A DNA stretch of 64,000 nucleotides. Source: Carcharhinus longimanus. Lineage: Eukaryota. Below the pieces are notes generated by a model, which did not search any database, had not been told where the DNA came from, and was given only the letters and a program-made list of their open reading frames with translations. A program made the position numbers and the translations under genes. Positions within the stretch are counted from its first letter, which is position 1, and every line of letters begins with the position of its first letter. Below are positions 38,201 through 52,011 of the stretch, piece after piece. Location: assembly GCA_030264375.1 (NCBI GenBank), contig JASCQW010000098.1, positions 57,420,860 to 57,484,859 on the forward strand, read 5' to 3'.

Positions 38201-38640
38201 ACTGAACTAAGTCGGGCGTCACCAGTGGTACTGCACAAATTTCAGCGTGGGTTTAGTCTTCCAAGAAGGCCTTAGCTGCTGCTCCTGGTACTGAGTTTTT
38301 GCTGTATTATATCTTGATGTTTCTTGTATGTGAAGTAGGTTGAATTTATTAGCGTATTTGATTACTTTTTGTGGCTGAAATGACCACACCATGTTCACCT
38401 GCAAAGCACTTGATCTTGTGTACGAACTGTTCAGTGATTTGCCATTTTTGTTACTTCCCCTTTGCGCCAGTGTGGTTTTTTAAGTAATTCTTGGGTTTTC
38501 TTTTCCTTCCTGATCTACCTTACAAGGGCATATTTTTACATAATAGTACATTGGTATACCCGGTCCAGCAGATTACTTTATGATTGAACTGGAGAAAATG
38601 TTCATGCTGCAGTACTGTGTAGCTTCCAAGTTCATTCTGA

Positions 38641-39390
38641 AAGGTAGCAATTCTTCCAGTCTATTGGGCTCTAAGGCCTCCATGCATCTCTGGCTCCAAG
38701 TTTTTTGGAGTAATCAGCTCCACACCAGAAATGCATGGAGCTGATTTAAATATTGAAATATCAATTTAAATTTTATTAGCAGGCCTAAGACTGAAGTCTT
38801 AAGCGTCTCTTTTTTTCTCCCAGTCCCCTGCCAGGAGTGGTTCACTCCAGCAGGTTTTACTAACGGGGGAACGGACAGCCAACCCAGCTGGAGGTCACCA
38901 GGGCGAGGGGTGCGGCACCCCCCCACCCCCGGGTCATTGCCAGCCTGATCCACTGGCACCACCTATCAGGCAGTACTGGGAGCAGGGCCTAGGGTGTGGT
39001 GATCAGTGGGGAGGGCCTCCCGTTGCCGCTCTGCATAGGAATGGGTGGCGGAGGGAAGAGATCAGGGCTGGGTGTCAAGGCTGTTGGGGAGGGATCATCA
39101 GGGCTGGCCTAAAGAGATCTGAGAGGCCAGCTATTGAGGAGTGGAGGGATCAGACAGGCAACAATGAAGAGATGCGGGGCTGGCCAGTGATCAGGAGGCC
39201 AGCAGTGCAGGGTTACTTTGCATGTGCAGTGGCCCACTCAGCACTATGCTGCCAGCCCCTCCAGCTGGAATAGTCTCTGCCCACATATTTTCATTGTGAA
39301 TCGCACTAGTGAGCTCTGCAGTGTTCAGAGTGTGGAAGATGTTTTCACGCAAATTTGGCACTTAAAATCTTTTTGGAAGAATTGCCCCCC
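38641..39390. mobile_element. GC-rich non-autonomous TIR element, Harbinger-like
   Basis: TIRs gcaattcttcca and tggaagaattgc, possible 3-bp TSD TGA/TGA. Confidence 0.6.
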
Positions 39391-39424
39391 TGATAATTAT
39401 TTATAGATTATACTAGAAACAGGT

Positions 39425-39780
39425 AGTGCCATAGTATAGTGGTTATTGGACTCCATAATCCAGAGGCCTGATCTGGAAGCAGGAGTTCAAATCCTGGGGA
39501 GTTTAAATCTGTAATAGAAAGCTAGCAACAGCAATGGTGACCATTAGGCTAATGGATTGTTGTAAAAATTCATCTGATTCATTAATATCCAGTAGGAAAC
39601 AAAATCTATCACCCTGACCTGGTCTGTATCTAACTGCAGCTATGGCAGCACGAGTGATTCTTAATTTTCCTCTGAAATGACATTGACACTTTCTCAGTTG
39701 AATAAAATATGACTCCCATGTTTTAACAGCAATAAATGCTGACTTCACCAATAATGTCCACATACCTTGAATGAAAAAAA
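39425..39780 (+). mobile_element. tRNA-derived SINE, family 2 (diverged)
   Basis: A-box tagtatagtgg, B-box gagttcaaatcc, tail gcaataaatgctg...ccacatacc..tgaatgaaaaa. Homologous to 53905-54280. Confidence 0.75.
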
Positions 39781-39872
39781 ATTGTATCCTGCTGTTGAGC
39801 GTCTTGAGACTTAATTTCAGAAGACTTACAGTATCTGCCACTGGTTTTGACAGTTTCATTTGGTTTCTCCAG

Positions 39873-39971
39873 GTGATGGAGAATCTCTTCAAGACTGCAA
39901 CCTCGTGTATTCTTTCAAAATGCCCAGATGATATTGAACTCTTCCACAAATATGTAGCTCCAGGACAAAAG
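39873..39971 (+). CDS. NARS2: NARS2 coding exon, 99 nt
   Basis: tctccag acceptor and gtttgt donor. Encodes VMENLFKTATSCILSKCPDDIELFHKYVAPGQK, phase 0/0. Confidence 0.95.
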
Positions 39972-40904
39972 GTTTGTATATTCTGTCTCTGACCTTGAAG
40001 TTAGAAAATTTGGCTTTATTTCATCTTCGCTACAGCAAGATTTATAGAGATACAAAGATGATACAGCATTCAAAATTAGTATATTCGTACCTGTGTTTCT
40101 AGCAGTTTTTGTCCAAGTTTCCTGACGTTGTAAAAATTATATGAAGAAAATTGCCAGAATTCCAAAATCCTTGTAGACCATAGCAGTTTTTACAAAAGAG
40201 TCGGACCCAAAAGGCTTTCATTTTCTTTTACTCAACAGGAACTACCTGACTGGAGTGTTGGCAGTGTTTTCTGTTTTTGTTTCAAATTACCAAGATCTTC
40301 ATTTTTGGTTGCTTTTTGTGAGCATGGTAAACCGTTATCCTTTCGACCCCAGAAAGTTGAAGCATCCTTTAGATTAACGTAAAAAGTGACTATGGAGTTA
40401 ATAGCAGATTCAAAAAACATTAAAAAATTAACATTTATGCTTACATGTTTATACATTTGTGTGGGTGAAGTTGTTCCATTTTTGAATGGATATGATGTGA
40501 AGAATTATAAAATGGCACCAGAAAAATTAATTTAGCTGAAACAATAACAAATGTGTGGATGCTTTAATTCTGAAATAAAATTAGAAAATGATGGAAACAA
40601 CCAGCAGGTCATAGAACATCTGTGGGGCGAAAAAAAGTTATTCAAGTCAATAACTTTTCAAGAGTTGCAAAGTGAGCAGTTTTTAAGCACGTACAAGATT
40701 GGGGAAAGGGGCAAGGAGGCATAATTGGATGGAAGGCATGCATGTTAAATGACAAAAGGGGTATTCGTACAAGGCANNNNNNNNNNCTTATTCAGGGGAA
40801 ATAAATTCCCTGAGCTGACACGGAACCTTTTGGGGACAGTGCCGGGCTGCTGCAAAACTTTCTGTAAAGAAATTGGTGATTAATTGTGATCTTTTTATTT
40901 GTAG

Positions 40905-40942
40905 GGAAGGGTGGAACAGATGCTGAAAAATTCATTTCAAGT
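40905..40942 (+). CDS. NARS2: NARS2 coding exon, 38 nt
   Basis: tttgtag acceptor and gtaagc donor. Encodes GRVEQMLKNSFQ(V) and keeps frame between its neighbours. Confidence 0.9.
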
Positions 40943-41222
40943 GTAAGCAAGTCACTTTTGTATTTTTAAAAGATTTTTTTTTACTGCTTTTGTAGAGACA
41001 TGCAGGTTTGGAGTCCTTCAGTTCTATATCTGAATTTTTTCCTTAAGTTTGTTGTTTTTCACTTTCGATATCCAATGCATAATGCATAAGATTACCACAA
41101 GATAATATAAAGATAATGAAATAAGAAATGAAAAGGTCACAAAGCCCTCCAGGTTTGATTGTAGTTTGGCCCGTGTTATAACATCTTGTTCAACGTAATT
41201 ATGATGTAAATATAATTTTTAG

Positions 41223-41289
41223 GCTTTCCTATACTGAAGCGATTGACATTTTGCAAAGAAGTATGGAAACCTTCACGTTTGAACCCAAG
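41223..41289 (+). CDS. NARS2: NARS2 coding exon, 67 nt
   Basis: ttttag acceptor and gtaaag donor. Encodes LSYTEAIDILQRSMETFTFEPK. Confidence 0.94.
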
Positions 41290-44200
41290 GTAAAGAACAT
41301 GGCCTGAATATGGATTCATTTTGTGAAATTGCAACAGTACCATTGGGCATTTAATTGTTAACTAATTTAACTTGACTTTTTGAGTCAATCCAATTTATTT
41401 ATATCTCAATTTCTTCTCAGCTTTGAATTAAGATTTTTATGCTTTTGTATCAAACTTTTACTGGTGGTTGTTTCAAGTTTAGCTTTTCAATCTGTTATAA
41501 TCGAAAAAATTGCTTGTTTGAAAAGTATAATTTTGGTACCCCGAAGCAATTTTATTACATAATTATACTTCCTATCAATTACAGTTTTTGTCTATTTTCT
41601 GCAACTTCATTGAGTGCAAAAAATGAACTTTTCCAAATTTTTCTTTTATCACTCATGGGTTTATGAAGTTTTATTATTCATGTTCAGCTTTCTTCACTGC
41701 TTAGTTTCCCTGCCTTTTTTTCTGCTCTTCTAACCTTTTACTTATATCCTTGCTTGCTATTTCTATATTTTCTTCCTCAGGCTGTTTCCTTATTTTTCCC
41801 ACTTGCCTTTAGCTCTATTCTTTCCCTTTATTTTGATATCCCGATCCTGAGGTGGGCAGTATGAATATTGTAAGTGTGTCAAGTTAACAGTTTTGTTGGA
41901 TGTGCTTCTAGCTTCTGTAATCACAGGAGATTGTGTTGATCGGGTGCTTTCAGGAATGCATTGCCCAGATTGGTGTTCCCACAAGGAGTCCTGTAGAGAT
42001 GTAAAATATATATGTCATACTGTATTTCCACATTAAATGCATGTATTCTAGAATAGTAGGCTGTTAAAACAGATGCATCAATTTAGTTACCCTCCACTGA
42101 AGCACTCTTATTTAATTTTGAACCATCTGCTTCAGTGTAAATGCAGTCTGAAATGAGGCCAGTGGCAGTAATTCCTACAGTTTTATTTCGTAGAAGAGGA
42201 AGTTCTGAAGTAGTGTACAGGATTGAATTTAAAAAAATAATGGGCATTTATTAGCATTTCTCTTGTAACTGGAGTTTTCTGAACAGTTTAAAGCTTTTTC
42301 ATCTTGTAATTCAAAATAATGATGTCCATCTATGCTATTATGATTGTTCAAATAATGGAACATAAAACAGCATGCCTACAATTGTTTTTAAAGCTTAATG
42401 ATCAGATCCTAATTTTGTCATCAGCAGACATGTCAGTATACACCTGTGCTTGGAATTAAAGTAGTCAGCACTGTTGCCAGTGTTGGCTTGTAGGCAATAA
42501 TCTCTAATCACTCAAATGTAACTCTATTCCACTTACTATCAGAAAAGCTATAATAATGGGTATTACGTTATACAGTGCCAACAATACAAATCTACAATGT
42601 TCATCTTTAAGCTGAGCAGAGCGAATCAATGTTTTTTAAATAGAAAAACATTGTTTTTATATATCTGGGGGTATAATATAGCTGAGATCTGATAGATTTT
42701 ATTTGGGTGTGAGAGAGCATTTTATGATGTGAATGGGGAACTCTTTTTTTTAACACTTGTGAAGTGCTGTGCCCAATACACTCGCTCTCTATTTGTGATA
42801 AAATGAAACAAATATGCCTAACTGCATGCATGAAAGAACAAATGTAAAACTTGTTGAATCTAACAGCTTTTATACCATTCAACTTTTGGACTTGAAAACT
42901 CAAAGACTTGTCCTATTCAACTGTGTGCGTCTCTTCCACTTGCCTGTATATAGTTCCTTCCAGTTGGTATTACAAATTAATACATGTTAAGAACCCCACT
43001 GATGCTCAATGTGAGGGTAGCCCAAAACCCAGAAGAGTAACCTCAGAACATCAATTCTTATTGGTATATATTTTCCATTTGGTATAATGTGAGAAAAATT
43101 ACGTAAACCAGGAAGGCACAGTCAGATGTTTTGTCATCAGTTAATAAAAAAAAAATTCTTTTTTTAAAAAAAAATGACATAATGGATTATAATACACTAC
43201 AACAGTACCCTTAACTGCACAGATGGCTTTACACACAGTACCACATGAAGTTACTCCTTTGGTTCCCACCAACCTACATTTCCTGAACTCTGAGATGCCC
43301 CTTTTCCCCAAACAAAATCCAAGATTACATAACTCTATGAACTAAATCCAGCAGGTAGTTACCACTTGCATATTATTTGTCCACGTTTGGGAAAACCATC
43401 TTCAGTTTCAGCAAAATCATAATCTTCTCTGTTCAAGTTTTGGATTTTAATCAGCTGCTTTTTAGCAATAACTTGTTTTTTTGGGGGGAAGGATTGTTTT
43501 CTGCAGCTATAATGGTAGCTGCTTCTTCTGTATCCCTTTCTTGCTATGGATGTATTGCTTTTTTCCCCCTTTGATGTTATCCACCCTGTGGACCCGGCTT
43601 TTAGCATATAAGTGCCAATTCCCTTAGCTCTCCTCATCCACGCTACTGTTTTTCCCCCTGGTCACATAGGTAAGTACTTATGCTAATTTGCATATCAAAC
43701 CACTGCTTCAGATAGCTGCATTTATCAGTCCCCTTTGTTTTGTCCCAATTTCATTTCATTTTATTTTCGTGGTTTTCCTCAATTCTCAACACATGCAGAT
43801 CTGTTAAGATGGAAAGTTATTCTACTAAATCCTCACTTTGGTTTCTGTCACTGAGCAGCGGCTTTTTAAAAATTAAATACTTGGATAATTCCAATTAAAT
43901 GAGCATTCCTTTATAAATAGGTTCCTGAATGAATTTGACTATCAGAAACATTTGAAATCAAATCTACTGCATAATTTAAAAACAAGTGCATAATTAACTG
44001 TATTACAGCATCTACATTTGTCATGAAAATGAAACAGTAATTTCCTTAGATTGGCATGTTTGCCATTCCGATTATGATGAGTAGGGGAGCATTTGCATTA
44101 CATTACATCTGGTATGCAATAAATGTGATTCTCACTGTGTTTAGCCATAATATAACATTCGTGGGAGGCATTTTAAGGTGCTTAATCTTTAAATACTAGA

Positions 44201-44445
44201 AAGAGATTTTTCTCTTTAAAGCAAGTAGTTTAAAGGACACTTAAGTAGTGCCTCATTAAAAATAAATGCTTCTATATCATTGTTATGCTGAGTTCTACTC
44301 TAAATTTAGAAGGGGGGGTTGTGATTTAATAGTATTATTGAATGAAGATTTATAAAAGCTCTATGCATCTGCATATGTCAAAGTTATTTCTGTCGATTCT
44401 TGTGTTGTGTTTTAGTAGTGAAGTAGATACTGTCATCTTTTACAG

Positions 44446-44583
44446 TGGGGCTGTGACCTACAGACTGAACATGAGAATTATCTGGTGGAGCACTGTGGCA
44501 ATATCCCTGTTTTTGTAGTTGATTATCCTTATGACATCAAGCCCTTTTATGCCAGAGATAATCAGGATGGACCTCAGCATACA
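44446..44583 (+). CDS. NARS2: NARS2 coding exon, 138 nt
   Basis: tttacag acceptor and gtaagc donor. Encodes [46 protein letters not shown]. Confidence 0.97.
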
Positions 44584-45236
44584 GTAAGCAGAAATTCTAT
44601 GATTTATGTGTTGAGCATTATAATATCTAACATAAACCCATTAGCTCATCTCTTCTGGTGATGGGAGACATGGTGGTTTAAAACTTACTAATCCTCCAGA
44701 TTCTGTCTGAATTTAGCCCCTTGCACTTTTCTTTGCTTAAACACTGTTTCTTGTAGCTATGATATGACTATAGTCAAAATTTTAAAGACTAAATAGCCAT
44801 TTGAGAAGCAACAGCATGATTGTGCCACACTGCTGCAAATAGTATGACATGTCCTATCCATTTTTAGTATTTTATACAGATAATCCATATTATACAAATC
44901 TCACGTTTTTGAATAGCCTTTGGCAATTTTTCACTGGATTTCAATGAAAATTTGGTTGTGATATTTAAGGAAATAAATCATGTTCCACTTCAAGAACAAT
45001 GATTTAAGGATGAAAATCATGTTTAAATTTGATACATCCTCAAAGTGCTCAAATGAAAACGAAACCCAAATGCGATATTGCGATGATTGGATTATGTTAC
45101 TATGAAACGTTATAATTAACCAATATAACACCAAGAAATACTGCACGTGAATGTGAACCGAGAAGTTGGGGGCAAAGAAGATGGAATCATTTGGATTTTA
45201 TCTTATAAAATGCCCCTCCCATATGAATTTTCTTAA

Positions 45237-45485
45237 TAAGAACATAAGAAATAGGAACAGGAGTAGGCCATCTAGCCCTTCGAGCCTGCCCCGCCATTCA
45301 ATAAGATCATGGNNNNNNNNNNNNNNNNNNNNNNNNNNNNNNNNNNNNNNNNNNNNNNNNNNNNNNNNNNNNNNNNNNNNNNNNNNNNNNNNNNNNNNNN
45401 NNNNNNNNNNNNACCTACAACAGACGTTAAACTAACCGGCCTATAATTCCCTGCCTTTTGCCTGCCACCCTTCTTAAACAACGGC
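45237..45485 (-). mobile_element. Young CR1 spanning a gap
   Basis: PLFKKGGRQKAGNYRPVSLTSVVG on one side of the gap and the 3' tail on the other. Confidence 0.88.
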
Positions 45486-45544
45486 ATAATTATTATCAAA
45501 TATTTTAAAATTGATAAAATCATCACAGAATAGCATGTCTCAGA

Positions 45545-45718
45545 AGTCAATTTAGCATAGCCAGTCCGCCGTACCTGCACATTCTGGACTGTGGGAGGGA
45601 ACCAGAGCACCTGGGGGAAGCCCACGCAAACACAGGGAGAATGTGCAAACACCACACACACTGATCAAATCTGGGTCCTTGGTGCTGTGAGGCAGCAGTG
45701 CTATCCACCGTGCCACCC
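45545..45718 (-). mobile_element. V-type SINE 5' part
   Basis: Reverse-strand head and V-domain. Confidence 0.8.
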
Positions 45719-46179
45719 TATCTAGCAGTGCTTTCCAGTCATAGCTAGTTACTTGAAAGAGACTTCTCTTATTCACCTCTAACTTTTTTCTATCGTTTTA
45801 AATTTACGACCTCTCATTATCAACCCTTCAGCCATTTAAAATGGCTTCTCTTTATTCTAAACCCATCATGGTTTTAAACCCTTCTGTCAGATTTCCTCTG
45901 CTTTTTCTGCTCTAAGCCTCTCAAGTCCATCTTCCTTTTATTTGTTCATAGGATGTAGGTATTGCTGCTATGGCTAACATTTATTGTCCTTGCCTGGTTG
46001 CCCTCAAGAAGGTAGCAGTGAGCCACTGCAGTCAGTTTGGTATTGATGCACCCACAATGCAGTTGGGGTGGAAGTTCCAGGAATTTAATCCTGCAGTGAG
46101 AGAATGATAAATCTCCAAATCTTAGAATGGTGAATGGCTTGGAGGAGAACTTCTGAATCCCTTTTGAACTTTTTAAACT

Positions 46180-46282
46180 AGCTTTTGACAAAGGGCCATC
46201 TGGACTCAACATAGCCCTTTTCTTTCCTTACAGATGCTGCTAGACCTGCTGAGATTTTCCAGCATTTTCTCATTTTGGTTTA
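46180..46282 (+). mobile_element. Penelope terminal-repeat remnant (related pieces at 40185-40290, 40570-40670 and 47525-47805)
   Basis: cagatgctgctagacctgctgagattttccagcattttc, of the same type as the ends of 25690-26262. Confidence 0.55.
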
Positions 46283-49200
46283 ATCCCTAAAACTGTAGTC
46301 TCTCATTTTTGGAATCATTCTAATCTTATTCGCACACTGTCCAAAGTCATCATGTTAAGTGTGGTGCCCAGAATTGGGGACACTACTGCAGCAGGAATTG
46401 AGCTGGTGTTTTATGTAGATTGAACAAAACTTGCGTTTCAACTCTCTCCCATTAAATGTATTGCATTTGCACTTCTCTGTTGAATTTTGTCTGCCACCTG
46501 GCTCCTTATTCCACCAGCCTGTCTGTTGTCTTGAAATCTATTCCTCTCTTCGCTGCTTATTACCCTTCTGTAAATTACTTGGCCCTGCAGTCCAAGTAAT
46601 TAATAATTCATGTAGAAGAAAGTAAAGGACAAACAGCAATAGTCCTCATGCTGAACCTCTGGACTATCACATATATTTCCCTCCAGTCTGAAAACAGCAG
46701 TTTACGATAAGTTTCTTTTCTATCCCTTGGGTAATTTTGTATCCATGCAGTCGTCCCTTTCACCCCACTTTTACTAATGAGTCTGTTGGACTATTGTAGA
46801 CATGTTAAATTTTAAAAAGAACTCTGATTGTCACAATTATTGTAAAGAAGAGCTTAAGTTCCATTTTGTTGCTGGAGTATAGTTCCAGGGCATGAGTCAA
46901 CATACAGTCTTTGACCACGAGTTTGATATTGTGTATAAGAAGGACAGTGAGTGACCATGGAGAATTTCACAATCGAACCCAGTCATATCTTTGCATGTTA
47001 TTAGCTATCCAATAATTAAATAAATGTGAGGTCAGGAGCCGGAACTCGGGGCAATTTTCACCTTCCAAACGAAGAACCACTGTGAACTATTGTAGCCACT
47101 GAACTACAGTAGCATCAGTTAACTGAACACAGATGAGAATCAAACCTGAGCCCTCACTCGTATTTGTGGACCAGCTGCTGAGTATCGTAATTGGTTGAGC
47201 ACACCTTATTTTGGTGAATTTAAGAAAATAAAAGATGTGCTACTATATGCAGTAGCCAATACAATTGACCCTAATTTCTTTCTTTTTGCAGCAGATGTCT
47301 TTGTCCATCCACAGGATAAAATATTGTTTTGAGTTTAGTGTTTGTGCAAAGCAGTTTCGGTTTTGCCTGATCACAATGCTGTGATATTTCAAAAATGAGT
47401 AGTGTGTTAGGTATAACTAATTTATCTTGGCATGTGGTAATTAAAGGTAAAACATGCATGGAGATATAACGGTAATGTTGAGCATTAAAATCAGGGTGAG
47501 GCTCACAGTATGATATCTATGGATATAAAAGCAAAATATTGCTGATGCTGGAAATCTGAAATTAAAACTGAAAACGCTGGAAAAGCTCTGCATATCTTGC
47601 AGCAGAAGTGGAGGGAGGAATAGACGCCGAAAACTTCCAGCCTCATTAACTCACGGCTGAGATTCTCCAGCATTGTTGCGGTAAACGGAGTTTTGGCTGA
47701 GTGCCAAATTCTCTCTTCTCACTGGCAGCAGGGCAAGAACAAACAAGATCAGAGAAGCCCATCCAATGTTAACTTTTGAAGTCCGTATGACTCCCCTTCA
47801 AAGCTAAAATTTATTTGCACGAACTCTCTTAGGAAGAGTCACAAATAACAAACTATTTTACGTTTAGGTTACACCATGAACATAATATCACACAAAACTG
47901 ACAATGCAAACAAACTGTTTGACCTAACTGTTTTATACTAGTGTGTGCATACTCCACATGAGGCTCTTCCCACTCCATTGCATCTAACATATCAGCATAA
48001 ACTTGTATTTTCTCTCTCATACACTTACCTAATTACTCCTTAAATACAAACGAGCCACCTCAATTATTCTGTAGCAAGAGGGGAAGAAATTTGGTAATTG
48101 CAAGGAGTATAAGGTACTGAAGATGAAATCAAAGTGGTATACTTGGAGGAACCTTTTAAGTGGATGTGGGGGAGGATGGCGATATCAAAACATTGCTGTA
48201 ACTGAAAGCTCTGTCACTGGCAAGACAGTAGATGGACAGTAGATGTCCTACTCCTGCTCCTATTTCTTATTTTCTTATGAATAGAAGCCTAAAGTTGGCA
48301 AGATGAGCTGGAGAAAGTTATTGAAGAAGAGTGGAAAAAGGTTCTGGAGAAGCGATGGGCAACCTAGGCTAGTGACTCGGCTGCATGAGTCGCCCTTCGT
48401 CTCAGTTGGCTGCAAGATTTAAATCAGGCTTGTTCACTAACCACAAGATTAAATATATTTAATGCACCAAATGTTTAATCACATTATAGAAAGTGCTTAA
48501 TTATTTATACATTAGAACTATCATCAGCTTCAAATGGTAAAAACAAAAGAAATATTCACACTTCAGATGCAGAGGGAATGCAAGGCTCTTGCAGACAATA
48601 TTGCGTGCAATAAACATGGACCTTCTCTTTCCCTTGCTTTATGTGCATCACTTCAGCCAGAGCGATGGGGGTAAAAAACTATATGGACAGAAATCAGCAG
48701 AATAAGGCAACCCTATATGTGAACAGTGGTCAACAAAAAGTCTTGTGGGCTGCATGTGTCTCCCAGACCTCACGTTGCTCACCACTGCATTGGAGCTGTG
48801 TGTAAATAGGGGCAGTCAGAAATAGTCACAAAATCAAATACTAAACAAATTGCACAATTAACACCAAGTTTAAAATCCAGCACAGCATGCTGAAGGTAAC
48901 CGATGGGTTTATTTTTCAATATCAGTAGCCATAAGGAGGTGACTTAATTTTGCTATTTCTCATTCAACAGTATCAAAGAGCCTGGACCCAGGTGCCAGTT
49001 TTTAATCCTACAAGTTGATATTCATTAATGTTTGGATACTTGTTGAAATTTCAACTTCAAAATTATTAAATCATAAATATAGTAAATTAAAGTCACCAAA
49101 TCCACAAACTATATGAAATTACTGTTCACAACCAAGTTTCAGGATCAACAAGCTGTCTAAACCTCTGCAGCTTTTAATTCAAGTCAGACTAGTGGCACGT

Positions 49201-49429
49201 ATTTTTCCACACAAGCTATAAAAAAAAAGAAATTCACTTATTACAATTTTAAAACCACAGTCAGACACGAAGCAGTTTGTTTATTGACATGTTTACAACA
49301 CAGAGTTACCATTATTAACATTAAACTCTCATTCCCAATTGTGAGTTTGAATTGAGGGCACCTATAGGGCACAACCTCCATTTTAAAGATCTGATACAAG
49401 GCAAGCTAATTCAAAAACTGTCTGAAAAT

Positions 49430-50220
49430 GAGAAATAGAAGCAGGGCATTTTGTCCTTCAAGCTTGATGTGTCATTCAGTGAAAACATGATGGGTCTGAT
49501 TGTGCTCATAACTTCCATTTTTCTGCATACCCCTCATACCTTGACTCCTTTGTGGATCAAGATTCAGTCCAACTCAGCCATAAATATATTCAGGGTCCTA
49601 GCCTCCATTGCTGTCTGAGGTAGATAATTCCAAAAATTCTCTCCATTTGGGAGAAGAAATTCCTTCCCTTTTCCATTTTAAATAGGAGACCACTTATTTT
49701 CAAACTGTACCCGCTAGATCTAGATCCTCTGCTACGCAAGAGGAAACATCCTCTCAGCATCCACCCTGTCAAACCCACTCAGATTTTTTTATGTTTCAAT
49801 GAGCTCACCCTGTCATAGGATTAGCCGAACCCTTGATCCCAGGAATTAACTTCTCTTAACTGCCTCCAGTGCAAACACATCCCTCCTCGAGTGATGAGAC
49901 CAAAATCGTGCACAGTAATCTAGGTGTGGTCTCGCCAGTGCCCCATAGATTTGTAGAAAGGGTTCTCTGCTTTTATACCCCAGCCCCTGTGCAATAATGG
50001 CCAGCGTTCCATGTGTCTTCCTAATTACTTGCGATATCTGCATGCTAACTTTTTTGTGTATCTGCTGCACCTGACACCCAGACCTCTTTGGACTGCAGCA
50101 TTCTTCAATCTCTCTAATATTGTGCTTTTCTATTCTTCCCACCAAAGTGGACAACCTCACATTTGCATATGCACTTCCTATGCTAAATATTTCCCCCTCG
50201 TCTGTCTGTATCCCTTTGGA
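49430..50220 (-). mobile_element. CR1 3' fragment
   Basis: ALARPHLDYCARFWS and GYSLKISG...RNFFSQ. Confidence 0.85.
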
Positions 50221-50282
50221 TGAAATAAATAAAAATGTTAGTTTCAAATACTGTACAAAATCTTAACTTTTTATGATCTTAG

Positions 50283-50380
50283 GTGGCAGCAGTTGATCTT
50301 TTGGTACCTAGAATAGGAGAATTATGTGGTGGAAGCTTGAGAGAGGAGCGACTTGATCTACTTCAATCTCGCTTAAAACA
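50283..50380 (+). CDS. NARS2: NARS2 coding exon, 98 nt
   Basis: cttag acceptor and gtaagt donor. Encodes [32 protein letters not shown](Q). Confidence 0.97.
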
Positions 50381-52011
50381 GTAAGTGTTGAAGTCAAAGC
50401 AGTTTACCTGCACATGCAGAGTAAAAAGTGTCAGCGCATTTCTGACGACCCATTGTGGATAATATTGTGGACTTAAATGTGATTTGTGCACATATATTCA
50501 TTCATTTTCTTAATGTACTGCATAAGAAAAAGGTTACCCATTCTGCTTAAATTTGCTGACTGGAACATCAGGATGTTTTAAAAAACTAAATAGGACAGGA
50601 ACAATAAGTAAATTTGCAGGATTGCAACAGATTATTAATTTACACCTTTAAAGCAATTAAAATGCATAAATTCTCAAGATATAAACATATCAGATTTGTA
50701 TTTAATTTCCTGTATGGATGTGAAGTATTAAATTTTGCTCACCTTCACCAATGGATTTCTTCAAGAACTGTGGCAGCAATGCTTTTTTGTTTTATAAGAA
50801 GAGGAGCTATTCCAGATCTTGAGGCCAATAACCCCGTTCCATTTCTCCCCTTCCGTACTTCCAGAAATATTAACTGATGCGCACACATATGAATCAGTGT
50901 GTAATGTCAGCTACTGTAGGGTCAAATATGCAGTCAAGAGGCCATGGGTGATTAAGTGAGTTGGCTGTATTTTCATTTCAGGATATTTGAATCAAGCTAA
51001 GATTAATGGAATTAAAATTTCACCTCAGCAGGTAGTACCTGCAATGAATTCCATCCTTGTTTCCAGTGGGCATCTGCCTCTGACTTAAAAGCTAATGAAT
51101 AAATCTAATGTAAAGTGCTTATATAGTCATCAAAATGTTGTCTGAAATGGAAAAATTCAGTGAAGCAGTAAATTGGGGTTATGGCAGTTTGGAGAATGAG
51201 TGGAACTTTACACCCGATTATTTTGTTATACCAAGCAAGAGTAGATTATGCAGCTATAATTGCTTAAAATAGGACAGTTACAATTTCCTGACATCCTGGC
51301 AATTTGAAGATAGCATTCTCCTCTACCTTGTAAATTTGTTGATATTGATAAATCTGAGTCAGCAGTACTGATTTCTGTTGGCCGACTGAAATCAACATGT
51401 TATATGCTTCCTGTGGAGTACAGTTGAGTGAGAATGGGTATCTGATATTGAGCTTTGTGTTGCCTTTCACAGTTAAATAATATTTTTGAAGAATTACTTC
51501 AGGCACATTAATGAAGGATCTATGCAGTGAATCTGGGGTGTGCATCAGTTATAACTATGAATAATGTATTAGACTGTGCATTCACTAGTCAGACCACTGG
51601 TGCATCAAGTGGATGTGTTGAAATGATCCACAAAGCGGTAAAGAAGCACTTTCAGGACAGAACGTTTAATATATATACTACCCTCTCAACCCTTACCATA
51701 CCCATTTTAAAGGAGCATTGTCTGAGTGGAGAGGTGATCAATTATTAAATTTTCACACCATCTGAATTCTTTCATAACATACCAGTAACAACTACTGATT
51801 TTTCTTTTAGTAATGCAGCAGGATCCTCCCCAAGCAGCCTCTGTGGAGTGATGGAAGCATCTGAGCCTTTCCAAAGTTTAAATGTTGAAAGGTTCTTCAG
51901 ATTTTGTTTTGATGAGCAATTATGTGCAATTACTGGTATGCGTGACAAAGTCCTAATTGCCATTGGGCTTGTTCACTGTCTTTGTAAGGTTCTTATTTCC
52001 TCATTTAATCG

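Larger units (their letters stand above)
34640..38391 (+). mobile_element. Degenerate Gypsy-type LTR retrotransposon (LTR-gag-PR-RT-RH-LTR). The 5' LTR may start near 34354.
   Basis: Direct repeats 34641-34757 and 38273-38391. PBS-like tggtgacaagg at 34765. gag GDWTKYVERL, protease VHTGASASVLS, RT PAT-like region with NTQRVV/AVYLDY remnants, and RH DHKP remnant. Confidence 0.85.
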
